The notes beneath the pieces were generated by a model. That model searched no databases. It worked only from the letters and a program-made list of their open reading frames with translations, and had not been told where the DNA came from. The position numbers and the translations under genes are program-made. A stretch of 64,000 nt of DNA, taken from positions 3,874 to 67,873 of the forward strand of contig JALOOM010000007.1 in the NCBI GenBank assembly GCA_025454395.1, in the 5' to 3' direction. Shown here piece after piece: positions 1 through 10,228 of this stretch (the first letter of the stretch is position 1; every line of letters begins with the position of its first letter). This stretch comes from Elainella sp. Prado103. Lineage in GTDB: Bacteria; Cyanobacteriota; Cyanobacteriia; Elainellales; Elainellaceae.

Positions 1-4
1 TTCA

Positions 5-565
5 TCATTTCTGGCTGTTGCCTGTCCCATCTCCAGACTGAGCGCGATCGGACTGAAGCAAGTAGTATTTTTCCAAGATGGCTTGGGTGGAATTGGTCAG
101 TTTGACTGGATCGCCCGGTTGATAAAAATGCAAAGCACGAATTTCCTGCTTGGGCTTGGGCAGCCCTTCCGCTTTGACCAAAAACACTTTATGGTGATTC
201 CGGCTGTAGCTAGAGCCTCGCTTCCGCACCTCTCCCATGTGACTAAAGAGGTATTGGGCCGAGTCCGCCCGTAAGCCGGTTTCTTCACGCAACTCCCGAA
301 TCGCTGCCTCAATCCAGAGTTCGTTCCTTGTGGCAGCACCCCCTGGCAGAGAAAAGCGACTGCCATCTTCAGAAACAAGGAGAATCCCCTGATCGGTATC
401 CACCAAAGCTGTGCCTCGCCGTCTCGTTTTCGCCCGGATCGCTTTCATATTCGGCTGATCCGATCGGCTTTGTGAAGAGGGTTCGCTGGATTGCGCTTGG
501 TGCAAACGCTGGAAGGCGGCTGAAATTTTAGCGCTCAACGGGTGAAAATCATCCATGCAAAGCAT
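5..565 (-). CDS. NUDIX hydrolase
   Basis: Nudix box GGAATRNELWIEAAIRELREETGL. True start uncertain; ATG at 556 or 448 are alternatives. Confidence 0.85.
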   Translation of the reverse strand: MLCMDDFHPLSAKISAAFQRLHQAQSSEPSSQSRSDQPNMKAIRAKTRRRGTALVDTDQGILLVSEDGSRFSLPGGAATRNELWIEAAIRELREETGLRADSAQYLFSHMGEVRKRGSSYSRNHHKVFLVKAEGLPKPKQEIRALHFYQPGDPVKLTNSTQAILEKYYLLQSDRAQSGDGTGNSQK

Positions 566-601
566 TCACCTAATCTGGCTACTACTTTCCAGGATGCCAT
601 C

Positions 602-1954
602 TTACTTCGATCGCATCATCACCTGTTCGACAAAATTGGTATAGACTTCACCATCTATAAACTCTGGCGTATCTAAAATGCGCTGATGAAAGCCGATCGT
701 GGTGGGTAATCCCGTAATTGCACATTCCTGCAGAGCCCGTCGCATCCGCCGAATTGCGGTTGCTCGATCTTGCCCCCACACGATCAGCTTGCCAATCAGC
801 GAGTCGTAGTAGGGCGGAATTTCATAGTCCGTGTAGACATGGGAGTCAATCCGCACCCCGGGACCACCCGGCGGCAGGTAGCCGCTAATCCGCCCCGGAC
901 TGGGACGAAAGTTATGATCTGGGTCTTCAGCGTTAATCCGACATTCGATCGCATGTCCTCGAAACCGCACCTGTTCTTGGGTAAAGCTTAAGGGTTCGCC
1001 TTGGGCAACGCGAATTTGTTCGGCAATCAGATCGAGCCCCGTGATCATTTCCGTCACCGGGTGCTCAACCTGAATCCGGGTATTCATTTCCATGAAGTAA
1101 AAGTTGCCGAACCGATCGAGCAGAAATTCAACGGTACCTGCCCCCACGTAATTAATGCACTGAGCCACTCGCACAGCCGCCGCCCCCATTTTGCTGCGCA
1201 GTTCAGGGCTCAAGGCCGGGCTAGGAGCCTCTTCCAGCAGCTTTTGGTGTCGTCGCTGGATCGAACAATCCCGTTCACCCAAATGAACCACATTCCCGTG
1301 GCTATCGGCTAAGATTTGAAACTCGATGTGACGAGGCCGCTCAATAAATTTCTCTAAGTAAACCCCTGCATTGCCAAAGGCTGCCTCTGCTTCACCTTGG
1401 GCTGCCAGGAAGGATTTCACCAGTGCTTCCTCTTCCCGTACCAGCCGCATTCCTCGGCCACCGCCGCCTGCCGTCGCCTTAATGATTACGGGATAGCCGA
1501 TCTGTTCAGCGATCGTCAAGGCTTCTTTTTCATCGGTCAACAGTCCTTCACTGCCCGGCACAGTGGGCACGCCGATCCGCTGCATAGTTTCCCGAGCGGT
1601 TGATTTATCTCCCATCGATCGCATCGCATGGGGACTAGGGCCGATGAAGGCAATCTGATGATCAGCACAAATTTCCGCAAATTTGGCGTTTTCTGCCAGA
1701 AATCCATAGCCTGGGTGGATCGCGGTAGCATTACGGGTCAAGGCGGCCGCAATAATATTCGGGATATTGAGATAGCTTTTGCTGCTCGGAGGTTCGCCAA
1801 TACAAACCGCTTCATCCGCAAGCTGAACATGCAGGGCGTGACGATCGATCGTGGAATGCACCGCCACCGTCGCAATGCCCATTTCCTCACAGGTTCGGAG
1901 AATTCTCAACGCAATTTCTCCGCGATTGGCAATCAAAATTTTGTCGAAACGCAT
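602..1954 (-). CDS. accC: Acetyl-CoA carboxylase, biotin carboxylase subunit
   Basis: [16 protein letters not shown]-terminus, ATP-grasp [22 protein letters not shown]. Start moved to ATG 1954 from the ORF-track start at 1990. Confidence 0.97.
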   Translation of the reverse strand: MRFDKILIANRGEIALRILRTCEEMGIATVAVHSTIDRHALHVQLADEAVCIGEPPSSKSYLNIPNIIAAALTRNATAIHPGYGFLAENAKFAEICADHQIAFIGPSPHAMRSMGDKSTARETMQRIGVPTVPGSEGLLTDEKEALTIAEQIGYPVIIKATAGGGGRGMRLVREEEALVKSFLAAQGEAEAAFGNAGVYLEKFIERPRHIEFQILADSHGNVVHLGERDCSIQRRHQKLLEEAPSPALSPELRSKMGAAAVRVAQCINYVGAGTVEFLLDRFGNFYFMEMNTRIQVEHPVTEMITGLDLIAEQIRVAQGEPLSFTQEQVRFRGHAIECRINAEDPDHNFRPSPGRISGYLPPGGPGVRIDSHVYTDYEIPPYYDSLIGKLIVWGQDRATAIRRMRRALQECAITGLPTTIGFHQRILDTPEFIDGEVYTNFVEQVMMRSK

Positions 1955-2028
1955 CGTCCAGCTTCGCGATTGAAGAGTATAGACCACCAACCTGATTTAC
2001 CCTGGCGGGTCAGGATCGAGCGAACGCA

Positions 2029-2193
2029 GGGGACGCGCCATCGCCAAAACAGCAGGGGTTCAGCAGGAATTGATCAGGAGATCATCGTATCATGCAGCCT
2101 GATGACTTCTACTTTGCGCCTAACGAATCGCAGGAAGATCAGTCAGTCTCCGAACAGAGCAGACTACCGGAGGCGTTACGGTTGCATTTCCCC
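2029..2193 (-). ncRNA. ssrS: Structured ncRNA, probably 6S RNA (ssrS/ssaA)
   Basis: Minus strand folds by hand into a long rod: GGGG/CCCC, AUGC/GCGU, CCGU/AUGG, CGCC/GGCG, CGGUAG/CUGCUG, GUUCGG/CUGAAC, then a central unpaired region and two hairpins (GAUCUUC..GAAGUC; AUCAGG..CCUGAU). About 165 nt, intergenic, with no credible same-strand ORF. The 6S identity is recalled similarity only and needs Rfam RF00013. Confidence 0.6.
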
Positions 2194-2406
2194 AGATCAG
2201 AAAACCCATAAAAATTTGGCTGAAAATCAGGATCAAAACTTGAGGCAATTTCACATTCCCCAATTTTCACTTCCTGACTTCCAGCCGATCGACCCCGTTT
2301 CAGGCAATCCTATTCCTGAAAGATCTGGCTGCATAGGTGCCGAATTGATGCAGATGTCGAGCTACGAATGCAGTCATCGACCGTATTCCCAGCCCTAGCA
2401 ACCATC

Positions 2407-3123
2407 CTATTCGGCAGTAGCCAACTCTGTGCTACCCCGGGCCCGCCGCCGAGTCAAGCTGTTGTAGAGCATTTGACCGATCGCCTTGATCAAATTCCCT
2501 TCCAACTCTTTAAACATCTTCATGTTCATCCCAAAGGCATCGATCGCCTCTTGCACAATTCGATCAGCCGTGGCTTCATCGATCGGCATTTCGTCCAGGT
2601 TAGCCCGATAACGATTCTTGAACGCCTTCTCATCAGTAATGTGCTCAAATTCATAGAAAGCCGTGCCCTCTCCTTCACCCAGGTTCATGGCTTTTTGAGC
2701 GATCTTCTTGAGGATTTGCCCGCCCGACAGGTCACCAATGTAACGGGTATAGGAGTGAGCCACCAGCAGCTCTGGAGCGGTGTTACCGATCTCACGAATC
2801 CGCGCCACATAATCTTTCGTCGCTGCCGAAGGCATGATTTGATCGCGCCAGTTATTGCCAAAATAATATTGCAGGTCTTGCTCTAGCGTGGCTTTGCGAT
2901 GTAGCTCCGGAAAATAGATTTTTGACACCACCGGGTGCTGACGATGGCGCTCCATTTCTTCCTCCATCGCCGAATAGACATAGTAAAAATTGGCTGCCAG
3001 CTTCCGATAGGAAGTTTTCTCCACCACTCCCTTCAGGAAGCACTTGATGAATCCCATGTTTTCGGCTGCGGTATGCGCTTTTTTCGTCCCTTCCCGCAGC
3101 TTCGTGGCTAAATTACTGGTCAT
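2407..3123 (-). CDS. ho1: Heme oxygenase 1 (biliverdin-producing, phycobilin synthesis)
   Basis: LREGTKKAHTAAEN with the proximal His, YTRYIGDLSGGQILK motif, 238 aa with a cyanobacterial HO1-type tail. Confidence 0.93.
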   Translation of the reverse strand: MTSNLATKLREGTKKAHTAAENMGFIKCFLKGVVEKTSYRKLAANFYYVYSAMEEEMERHRQHPVVSKIYFPELHRKATLEQDLQYYFGNNWRDQIMPSAATKDYVARIREIGNTAPELLVAHSYTRYIGDLSGGQILKKIAQKAMNLGEGEGTAFYEFEHITDEKAFKNRYRANLDEMPIDEATADRIVQEAIDAFGMNMKMFKELEGNLIKAIGQMLYNSLTRRRARGSTELATAE

Positions 3124-3550
3124 GCTAAAAATCCTATCCCAACACTAGGTTTATGATGATCTGGCAGATTCAGTGCATCCCAATTCGGTACATCCTGACC
3201 CATGCGTCTCGATCAGCGAGCAGTGCATGAGAAATGCGCCGAAAAGTACACCTAAATTGTTACAGTAGACTGATTTGATGAGCGTTTGTGTTAAAAATTC
3301 TTACGCGAAAGTATGATCCCGATCGGGAAATCGGAGCGTAATCTACCGACAAAATTCCGATCGAGTCTCAATTCCGGCGAATCACGGCTCGATCGGTTTG
3401 CGACTTATCCAACTCAATATTTGACCAAACTTCATGAACGGTCAGGATACAACCCCTCATTTAGTTCATATTGCGTTACATAGTCCTGTTTGACCTGTCT
3501 TTTGACCTGTCTTTATGACCTGTCTACTGAAGGAGTAGCTCAGGGATCCG

Positions 3551-5305
3551 CTAAACCGTCGGTAATAGCCCATACTGCGCCAACCAGCCGTCATACCGTC
3601 CCGAGTTGACCAGACCAGAGAACGTGCCCTGGGTTTGCCCTGCCAGATACACCGCACCGTCTGCGGCAACGGCCACGCCATAGGATTCATCTTCCCGATC
3701 GGTGCCAAACTGAGTGCTGGCGGTTAAGTTGCCACTGCTGTCATATTGGGCCATCCAGGCATCGGTTTTACCGGCTGCTCCGCCAAACAGCGCCTTATCC
3801 GTTTCACCAACCACGTAAACCCGACCCAAGCCATCCACCGCGATTGCCTGTGCCTCCTCTAGACCATTTGTACCGAACTGCTTCACCCATTGCAGGGTAC
3901 CCGTCTGGCGATCGTAACGTGCGAGAAAGGCATCGGATTTCCCCCCGGCATCCGTATTAGCAGGTAAGCTGCCAGAGGGTAACGTGCCGGTAGTTTGTCC
4001 GGTGATGTAAACATCTGAACCAAAAACAGCAATGCTACGGGCATAGTCCTGCTCCGTGCCTTCACTGGCCAAGGTTTGACTCCAGAGTTGCCCGCCCGAA
4101 TTACCGTCATAGGCAGATACAAACCCATCCCCACCGACGGGTCGAATCCCGTTATTGTTCAACCCTACCGTCGCTCCAGTAATCCCGGTTGTGTAGAGCT
4201 TGCCTTCACTGATAGCCAGATCCACCGCAGCCGTCGCGTCGCCCCCAAATTCGATCCGTCCTGTGCCGCCAAAGGTCGCAATCGCATCACCGGTCGTGGC
4301 ATCATACTTCGCAATGAACCCTTTCCCAAGACTGGGCAGGGGAAACGCTCCCAGCACACCTGAGGTATAAAGGCTATTTCCGTCCAGGGCAATACTTAAC
4401 CCGGCATCTAAAGCGTTACGTGTTACTCCTTCTACCTGCACCGTTGTGGCGATCGTCTTAATCCACTGCTGCACGCCATCCGCATTATATTTGGTGACAA
4501 AAGCATCACTATTGGTGGAACTGCCAGACCCCGTGACCGTTGCCCCAACCACGTAATAGTTGCCTCCGGCATCAACGACTAGGTCAAAGCCCACATCTGC
4601 ACCGGGCGTATCGATCGATCGTCTCCACAGTTGGGTGCCATCAGCGGCGTACTTGGCGACAAACCCGTCTCCGGCAGGCCCGCTCGCGTTAGATACACCA
4701 GTCAAATAGAGATGACCCCCACTGTCTAGCGCCGTACCGTAGGTGTAATCATTGCCACTGGTGCCCAACTGTTGCAGCCAGCGACGACTGAAAGTGCCCA
4801 ACTGAATCGGAACCGGCCGGGGAGTGGGATCGGTGGGTAGGATCCCTGGATCGGTCGGTTGGCTGGGGAGCGCAGACACCACCGGCTCAGCCTCCAGTCC
4901 CAAACTGTAGCGGCTCACCCCTTTAATCTGCCGTACCCGCAGGTAATATTCTCCAGGCAGTAGATCCAACGAGAGGTTGCCATCTTTCCCGTTGGCAGAG
5001 GTTTTAGCACCAATGGTTTTGAGAAACTTTTTGATATTTTGTGGTTTTAACTCACTAAATTCCGTTCGGCCGATCGCCTTCAGAATCTTCTTTTTATTCC
5101 CTTTGAGCGCAAACACCTGTATCCCAATCACTGAGCCTTTGCTACTATCAAGCTGCAAATCGAAGCTGCTGCGCTCATTAAAGCGAATCCGAAACAGGTC
5201 ATCCCGATTGGATCGATCCAGTGCGCCTTTCAGCGCAGTAGAATCAGCTCCCAGGTTCAACCGCTTGGCAGCCGACAAGGTATTTTTAGCAATGTCTCGT
5301 GGCAT
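3551..5305 (-). CDS. SBBP-repeat beta-propeller protein with an N-terminal PPC-like beta-sandwich
   Basis: Repeated units W-x-x-Q/T-x-G-T..D.....+A+D..G.+Y+.G from about aa 175 to the end. N-terminal DDLFRI..LLPGEYYLRV resembles a pre-peptidase C-terminal domain. Pro-rich linker. Confidence 0.8.
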   Translation of the reverse strand: MPRDIAKNTLSAAKRLNLGADSTALKGALDRSNRDDLFRIRFNERSSFDLQLDSSKGSVIGIQVFALKGNKKKILKAIGRTEFSELKPQNIKKFLKTIGAKTSANGKDGNLSLDLLPGEYYLRVRQIKGVSRYSLGLEAEPVVSALPSQPTDPGILPTDPTPRPVPIQLGTFSRRWLQQLGTSGNDYTYGTALDSGGHLYLTGVSNASGPAGDGFVAKYAADGTQLWRRSIDTPGADVGFDLVVDAGGNYYVVGATVTGSGSSTNSDAFVTKYNADGVQQWIKTIATTVQVEGVTRNALDAGLSIALDGNSLYTSGVLGAFPLPSLGKGFIAKYDATTGDAIATFGGTGRIEFGGDATAAVDLAISEGKLYTTGITGATVGLNNNGIRPVGGDGFVSAYDGNSGGQLWSQTLASEGTEQDYARSIAVFGSDVYITGQTTGTLPSGSLPANTDAGGKSDAFLARYDRQTGTLQWVKQFGTNGLEEAQAIAVDGLGRVYVVGETDKALFGGAAGKTDAWMAQYDSSGNLTASTQFGTDREDESYGVAVAADGAVYLAGQTQGTFSGLVNSGRYDGWLAQYGLLPTV

Positions 5306-5902
5306 AGGTTTAATAGGGTTAATCTTAGGTCTATCGATTGTCCTATCCGGATCCAGGCAAGCCCATGGCAGGGCGATCCCGTATTCAGGCGATCGGATTG
5401 GGTACGTTCAGTTACCAGTATTCCCATCTCTGCTGCAGCCAGGCACAAGATCCCGGACAACCGAACAATGTTTCATCGGGACTTTACCGATTGACTTGAT
5501 ATCTCAGGAAATTTACGGTCAGGAATGGATCGCCATAGAAAATAGACAGCCATAGAAAATAGACGGCGAGCAATTCATAGAACTAGATAGAATGTCCTGG
5601 GTCTGATAGGCGCGATCCCCCGAGGCAAGCATTACATTTTGTTACTCTGATTTGATACATTGGTACTAGATTTCAGCGGGAGCAAAGGCGGAGGGATAAA
5701 GAGGGATAAAGACAGAAGGAGCATCCTGTAGTCTGGGTTTGGCGGGTGGATAGAGCCCAAGGCGAAAGAGGCTAGTGATCAATTGCCCTTATCAATTGAC
5801 GCTATAGATAGAGCACAATTTCAGAAAATGACCCTAAAAATCTCTAGATGTAGCGAGCAAGATCCGTTACTCTAGTCTCAGCCATTTGGTTTGAGAACGC
5901 TT

Positions 5903-8900
5903 ATGTCGTTTGTTGGTCTACACATTCACAGTGATTACAGCTTGCTAGACGGAGCCAGCCAGTTGCCCCAACTGGTCGATCGAGTTGTGGAGTTAGGGAT
6001 GTCGGCCGTGGCCCTCACCGATCACGGGGTCATGTATGGCGCGATCGAGCTGCTGAAAGTCTGCAAAGCCAAAGGTGTGAAGCCGATCATCGGCAATGAA
6101 ATGTACATCATCAACGGCGACATCACCAAACAGGAACGGCGGCCACGCTATCACCAGATTGTGTTAGCAAAAAACACCCTCGGCTACAAAAATCTGGTCA
6201 AGCTCACTACCATTTCGCATCTACAAGGTGTTCAAGGCAAAGGCATCTTCTCCCGCCCCTGCATCAGTAAAGATCTGCTGGAACAGTATCACGAAGGGTT
6301 GATCGTGACGAGTGCCTGTTTAGGGGGCGAGGTGCCGCAAGCAATCATGCAAGGCAAGCCTGAAATTGCTCGCCGGATCGCCCAGTGGTACAAAGACCTT
6401 TTTGGCGGGGATTACTATTTAGAGTTGCAAGATCATGGCTCTCAGGAAGATCGGATCGTCAATGTCGAAATTGTGCGGATCGCTCGCGAACTTGATATTC
6501 AGCTCATCTGCACCAACGATTCTCATTACATCTCCTGCTACGATGTCGAAGCCCACGATGCGCTGCTCTGTATCCAAACGGGCAAGCTGATCAGTGAAGA
6601 CAAGCGCCTGCGCTACAGCGGCACGGAATACCTTAAGTCAGCAGAAGAAATGCGCTGTCTGTTTCGAGATCACCTGACGGAAGACATTATTGAAGAGGCG
6701 ATCACCAATACCCTCACGGTGGCAGATAAGGTTGAACCCTACCAGATCTTAGGAGAACCTCGCATTCCCGACTATCCGGTTCCTGAAGGTTACACCCTGT
6801 CTTCCTACATGGAAGCCGTGACCTGCCAAGGGTTGATGGAGCGGTTTGGCTGCGAAAGTTACGAGGCGATCGATCCAGTCTATCGAGAGCGGCTGGAATA
6901 TGAAATGCAAATGATGCATCACATGGGCTTTGATGCCTATTTCTTAGTGGTGTGGGACTACATCAAATATGCCAGAGATCACGGAATTCCGGTTGGGCCG
7001 GGGCGGGGATCGGCGGCTGGATCGTTAGTGGCTTACGCCCTGCGCATCACCAACATCGATCCAGTTCACCATGGACTGCTGTTTGAACGGTTCCTAAACC
7101 CAGAACGGAAATCCATGCCCGATATTGATACTGATTTTTGCATCGATCGCCGCGATGAAGTGATTAGCTACGTTACTGAGAAATATGGGGCAGAGCGTGT
7201 TGCGCAAATTATCACTTACAACCGCATGACCTCCAAAGCCGTTTTGAAAGATGTCGCACGGGTGCTGGATATTCCCTATGCTGAGTCGGATCGGATGGCT
7301 AAGTTGATCCCCGTCATGCGCGGCAAGCCAGCCAAACTCAAGGTGATGATTTCGGACAGCACACCGGCTCCCGAATTTAAAGAAAAGTACGACACCGATC
7401 CAAAAGTGCGCCATTGGATTGACATGGCCATGCGGATTGAGGGCACTAACAAAAGTGTAGGGATCCATGCGGCTGGCGTGGTGATCTCAGCACAGCCTCT
7501 GGATGAGATTGTTCCCTTACAACGCAATGCAGATGGGGCCGTATTTACCCAATATTTCATGGAAGATATTGAGTCTCTAGGTCTGTTAAAAATGGACTTT
7601 CTGGGGTTGAAAAACCTGACTATGATCCAGAAAGCAGTGGATTTGATCGAGCAAACCCATCAGGTCAAAATTGATCTCGATCGCTTACCGATGGATGATC
7701 CCAAATCCTATCAATTGCTTGCTAAAGGGGAACTCGAAGGCATTTTCCAATTAGAATCTTCTGGGATGCGACAAATTGTGCGAGAGTTGCGCCCTTCTGG
7801 ATTAGAAGATATTTCTTCCGTGCTCGCCCTCTATCGACCCGGGCCATTGGATGCAGGATTGATTCCCAAGTTTATTAACCGGAAACATGGCCGGGAAGAG
7901 ATCAAATATGATGATGAGATTTTGCAGCCGATCCTGAAGGAAACCTACGGCATCATGGTCTACCAAGAACAGATCATGAAAATTGCTCAGGATATGGGTG
8001 GATATTCCCTTGGACAGGCCGATTTACTACGCCGTGCCATGGGAAAAAAGAAACCGGAAGAAATGCAAAAGCACCAGGCTGCATTTGTAGAAGGATCGGT
8101 TAAAAATGGTGTCAAGCAAAAAGTAGCAGAAGAACTGTGGGAACAGATGGTACAGTTCGCTGAATATTGCTTTAATAAATCTCACTCTACAGCCTATGGC
8201 TATGTCACCTTTCAGACGGCCTATCTGAAGGCGAATTATCCGGTGGAATACATGGCAGCACTTTTGACCGCCAATAGTGGCGATCAAGATAAAGTGCAGA
8301 AGTATATTGCCACCTGCATGATGATGGGAATTACCGTGGAGCCTCCCGATATTAATCGCTCAGGCGTAGATTTCACACCATTGCAGACTAGCATTTTGTT
8401 TGGATTATCCGCTATCCGCAACGTTGGCGAAGGGGCGATCGAACATATTCTGGCCGCACGAGATCAGGATGGGCCATTTAGCTCACTGTCAGATCTGTGC
8501 GATCGAATTGATCCAAGGGCGGTGAACCGGCGAGCCCTGGAAGCCTTAATTCAGTGTGGTGCCCTAGACTGCATTGACCAAAACCGTCACCAACTCATGC
8601 AAGATCTGGAACTCGTGTTGGATTGGGCTCAGTCCCGTGCCAAAGATCGGGCGATCGGTCAGGGTAATCTGTTCGATCTCCTGGGCAACAGTACGACCAC
8701 TAGCGGCTTTGAAACTGCCCCTAAGGCTACCCCGGTTCCTGATTATCCTCCCCAAGAAAAGCTAAAGCTAGAAAAAGATCTACTGGGCTTCTATATTTCT
8801 GATCATCCTCTCAAAACGATCCAGCAGTCCGCTCGCATGTTAGCCCCCATTAATTTGAGTGATCTTGCTGACAAGCCAGATAATCTCACCCTCAGTGCTA

Positions 8901-9391
8901 TTGTCATGATCAGTAGCCTGAAACCAATTGTCACAAAACGGGGCGATCGGATGGCCGTGTTGCAAATTGAGGATCTAACGGGTCAGGCAGATGCAGTTGT
9001 ATTCCCCAAAATTTTTGAACGGATCGGGCATTATTTGCAAGTCGATCAGCGCTTGATGGTGTGGGGCAAGTCCGATCGACGGGACGATCGCAGCCAGTTT
9101 ATCATTGAGGATGCTGAACCGATCGAGTCGGTACGAATGGTGATGGTGGAGCTAGATGCCACAACCGCAGGCGATATTACTAAACAGCATTATCTGCGCA
9201 CCGTTTTATTGGAGCAGCGGGGAGAAGATGATAGCGGCAAGGTTCCGGTGATTGCTGTTGTGTCTGGCCTAGAGCGCCGAGAAATCGTGCGTTTAGGGGC
9301 ACAGTTTCGGGTTCAAGACCATCAAGCGGCAGTATCGGCTTTACTGCGGGCGGGCTTTCAAGCCAGAGCTTCTTCACTCTTAGCCAGTTGA
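5903..9391 (+). CDS. dnaE: DNA polymerase III alpha subunit, contiguous with no intein
   Basis: PHP domain [44 protein letters not shown] fold. ATG at 5903 (ORF track starts at TTG 5891). Confidence 0.98.
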   Translation: MSFVGLHIHSDYSLLDGASQLPQLVDRVVELGMSAVALTDHGVMYGAIELLKVCKAKGVKPIIGNEMYIINGDITKQERRPRYHQIVLAKNTLGYKNLVKLTTISHLQGVQGKGIFSRPCISKDLLEQYHEGLIVTSACLGGEVPQAIMQGKPEIARRIAQWYKDLFGGDYYLELQDHGSQEDRIVNVEIVRIARELDIQLICTNDSHYISCYDVEAHDALLCIQTGKLISEDKRLRYSGTEYLKSAEEMRCLFRDHLTEDIIEEAITNTLTVADKVEPYQILGEPRIPDYPVPEGYTLSSYMEAVTCQGLMERFGCESYEAIDPVYRERLEYEMQMMHHMGFDAYFLVVWDYIKYARDHGIPVGPGRGSAAGSLVAYALRITNIDPVHHGLLFERFLNPERKSMPDIDTDFCIDRRDEVISYVTEKYGAERVAQIITYNRMTSKAVLKDVARVLDIPYAESDRMAKLIPVMRGKPAKLKVMISDSTPAPEFKEKYDTDPKVRHWIDMAMRIEGTNKSVGIHAAGVVISAQPLDEIVPLQRNADGAVFTQYFMEDIESLGLLKMDFLGLKNLTMIQKAVDLIEQTHQVKIDLDRLPMDDPKSYQLLAKGELEGIFQLESSGMRQIVRELRPSGLEDISSVLALYRPGPLDAGLIPKFINRKHGREEIKYDDEILQPILKETYGIMVYQEQIMKIAQDMGGYSLGQADLLRRAMGKKKPEEMQKHQAAFVEGSVKNGVKQKVAEELWEQMVQFAEYCFNKSHSTAYGYVTFQTAYLKANYPVEYMAALLTANSGDQDKVQKYIATCMMMGITVEPPDINRSGVDFTPLQTSILFGLSAIRNVGEGAIEHILAARDQDGPFSSLSDLCDRIDPRAVNRRALEALIQCGALDCIDQNRHQLMQDLELVLDWAQSRAKDRAIGQGNLFDLLGNSTTTSGFETAPKATPVPDYPPQEKLKLEKDLLGFYISDHPLKTIQQSARMLAPINLSDLADKPDNLTLSAIVMISSLKPIVTKRGDRMAVLQIEDLTGQADAVVFPKIFERIGHYLQVDQRLMVWGKSDRRDDRSQFIIEDAEPIESVRMVMVELDATTAGDITKQHYLRTVLLEQRGEDDSGKVPVIAVVSGLERREIVRLGAQFRVQDHQAAVSALLRAGFQARASSLLAS

Positions 9392-9436
9392 GTCGGGGAA
9401 GGAAGTCTCCTACCAGTTAATTGGCGTTGCTGAATG

Positions 9437-9787
9437 TTAGACCGTAACGCTAGGAGCATTAGATTGCAGATCCAAAAGCTGTTCTAGGAGATTCTCAATA
9501 GGAGTACAAAGCACCTCCGATGTAGGGGTAGTAGATAGTGCTGTTGGCCAAACATTCAGCAAACAAAACAACTGTTTGCCAACCTTTAAATCGTCACCGA
9601 AACCTGACCAGTTGCAACTACTCATTACAACAAGAAACATCTTTGCATCTGGAAAGACCTCCTTCAGCTTCTGTTCTCGGTTCTCAAAGTCAGACTTCCA
9701 GTTGTGTCGGCTCCACCCAAGCTGCGTTTTGCATTCAACGACAGCCAATAATTCAGAGCCACTCCAGATACTAATATCAGGGCGCAC
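9437..9787 (-). pseudogene. PD-(D/E)xK-type nuclease-like ORF, probably a 5'-truncated fragment
   Basis: RPDISIW...AVVECKTQLGW matches PD-x(10-12)-E-x-K. The motif begins at residue 2, with an in-frame TAA directly before the GTG. No CGATCG in the segment. Lies beside the tRNA-Ser 3' end. Confidence 0.55.
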
Positions 9788-10038
9788 TTAGTGGTGCAGA
9801 AAAGTCTTGCAAGGCAAAATCTACCGAGAGTCTCAAAGGAAAATCATCACTCCAAATAGCCTACACAGACTATTGGCTGCGCTAAAAATCCCAGTGCAGG
9901 ATCCACCCTTCCCGAATCTTCCCCGAATCTCACCCTGCCTCACCCCATTTCGCTACTGTTTTGCTGAGGGATGCGGAAGTAGTTTGTCTGAGAAACCAGG
10001 CTGTAAGCCTTGTGTAATGATAAGCCTTATGTAATGAA

Positions 10039-10123
10039 CGGAGAGGGGGGGATTCGAACCCCCGTTGAGTTGCCCCAAACTTGATTTCGAGTCAAGCGCA
10101 TTCAACCGCTCTGCCACCTCTCC
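10039..10123 (-). tRNA. trnS: tRNA-Ser(CGA)
   Basis: GGAGAGG acceptor stem pairing with CCTCTCC, discriminator G, anticodon arm CTTGA-CTCGAAA-TCAAG, long variable arm, GGTTCGAATCC T arm. CCA not encoded. Confidence 0.97.
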
Positions 10124-10228
10124 ACAGGCGTGGGATCTATTGTAAGGCTTGATGGAACGATCGACCATAGGGGTGAAGCAATTGCTGAGTTAAAATCCTT
10201 TGAAAGTTGGCAGATCTAGTCGGCAGAT

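Noticed and set aside
1628-2398. 256-aa plus-strand ORF
   Set aside because: It is antisense to accC and to the structured RNA, and has no recognisable motif.
3268-3308. Possible RpaB HLR1 site upstream of ho1
   Set aside because: Only degenerate half-sites (GTTACA; GTTAAAAA-TT-CTTACG), too weak to call.
4977-5555. 192-aa plus-strand ORF (also 2368..2886)
   Set aside because: Antisense shadows of the SBBP gene and ho1.
9392-9436. Second attachment site duplicating the tRNA-Ser 3' end
   Set aside because: GTCGGGGAAGG matches the tRNA end only weakly, so no intact integrated element can be called.
9953-10168. 71-aa ORF and 9807..10034 ORF
   Set aside because: The first runs through the tRNA-Ser gene. 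Neither has coding features.
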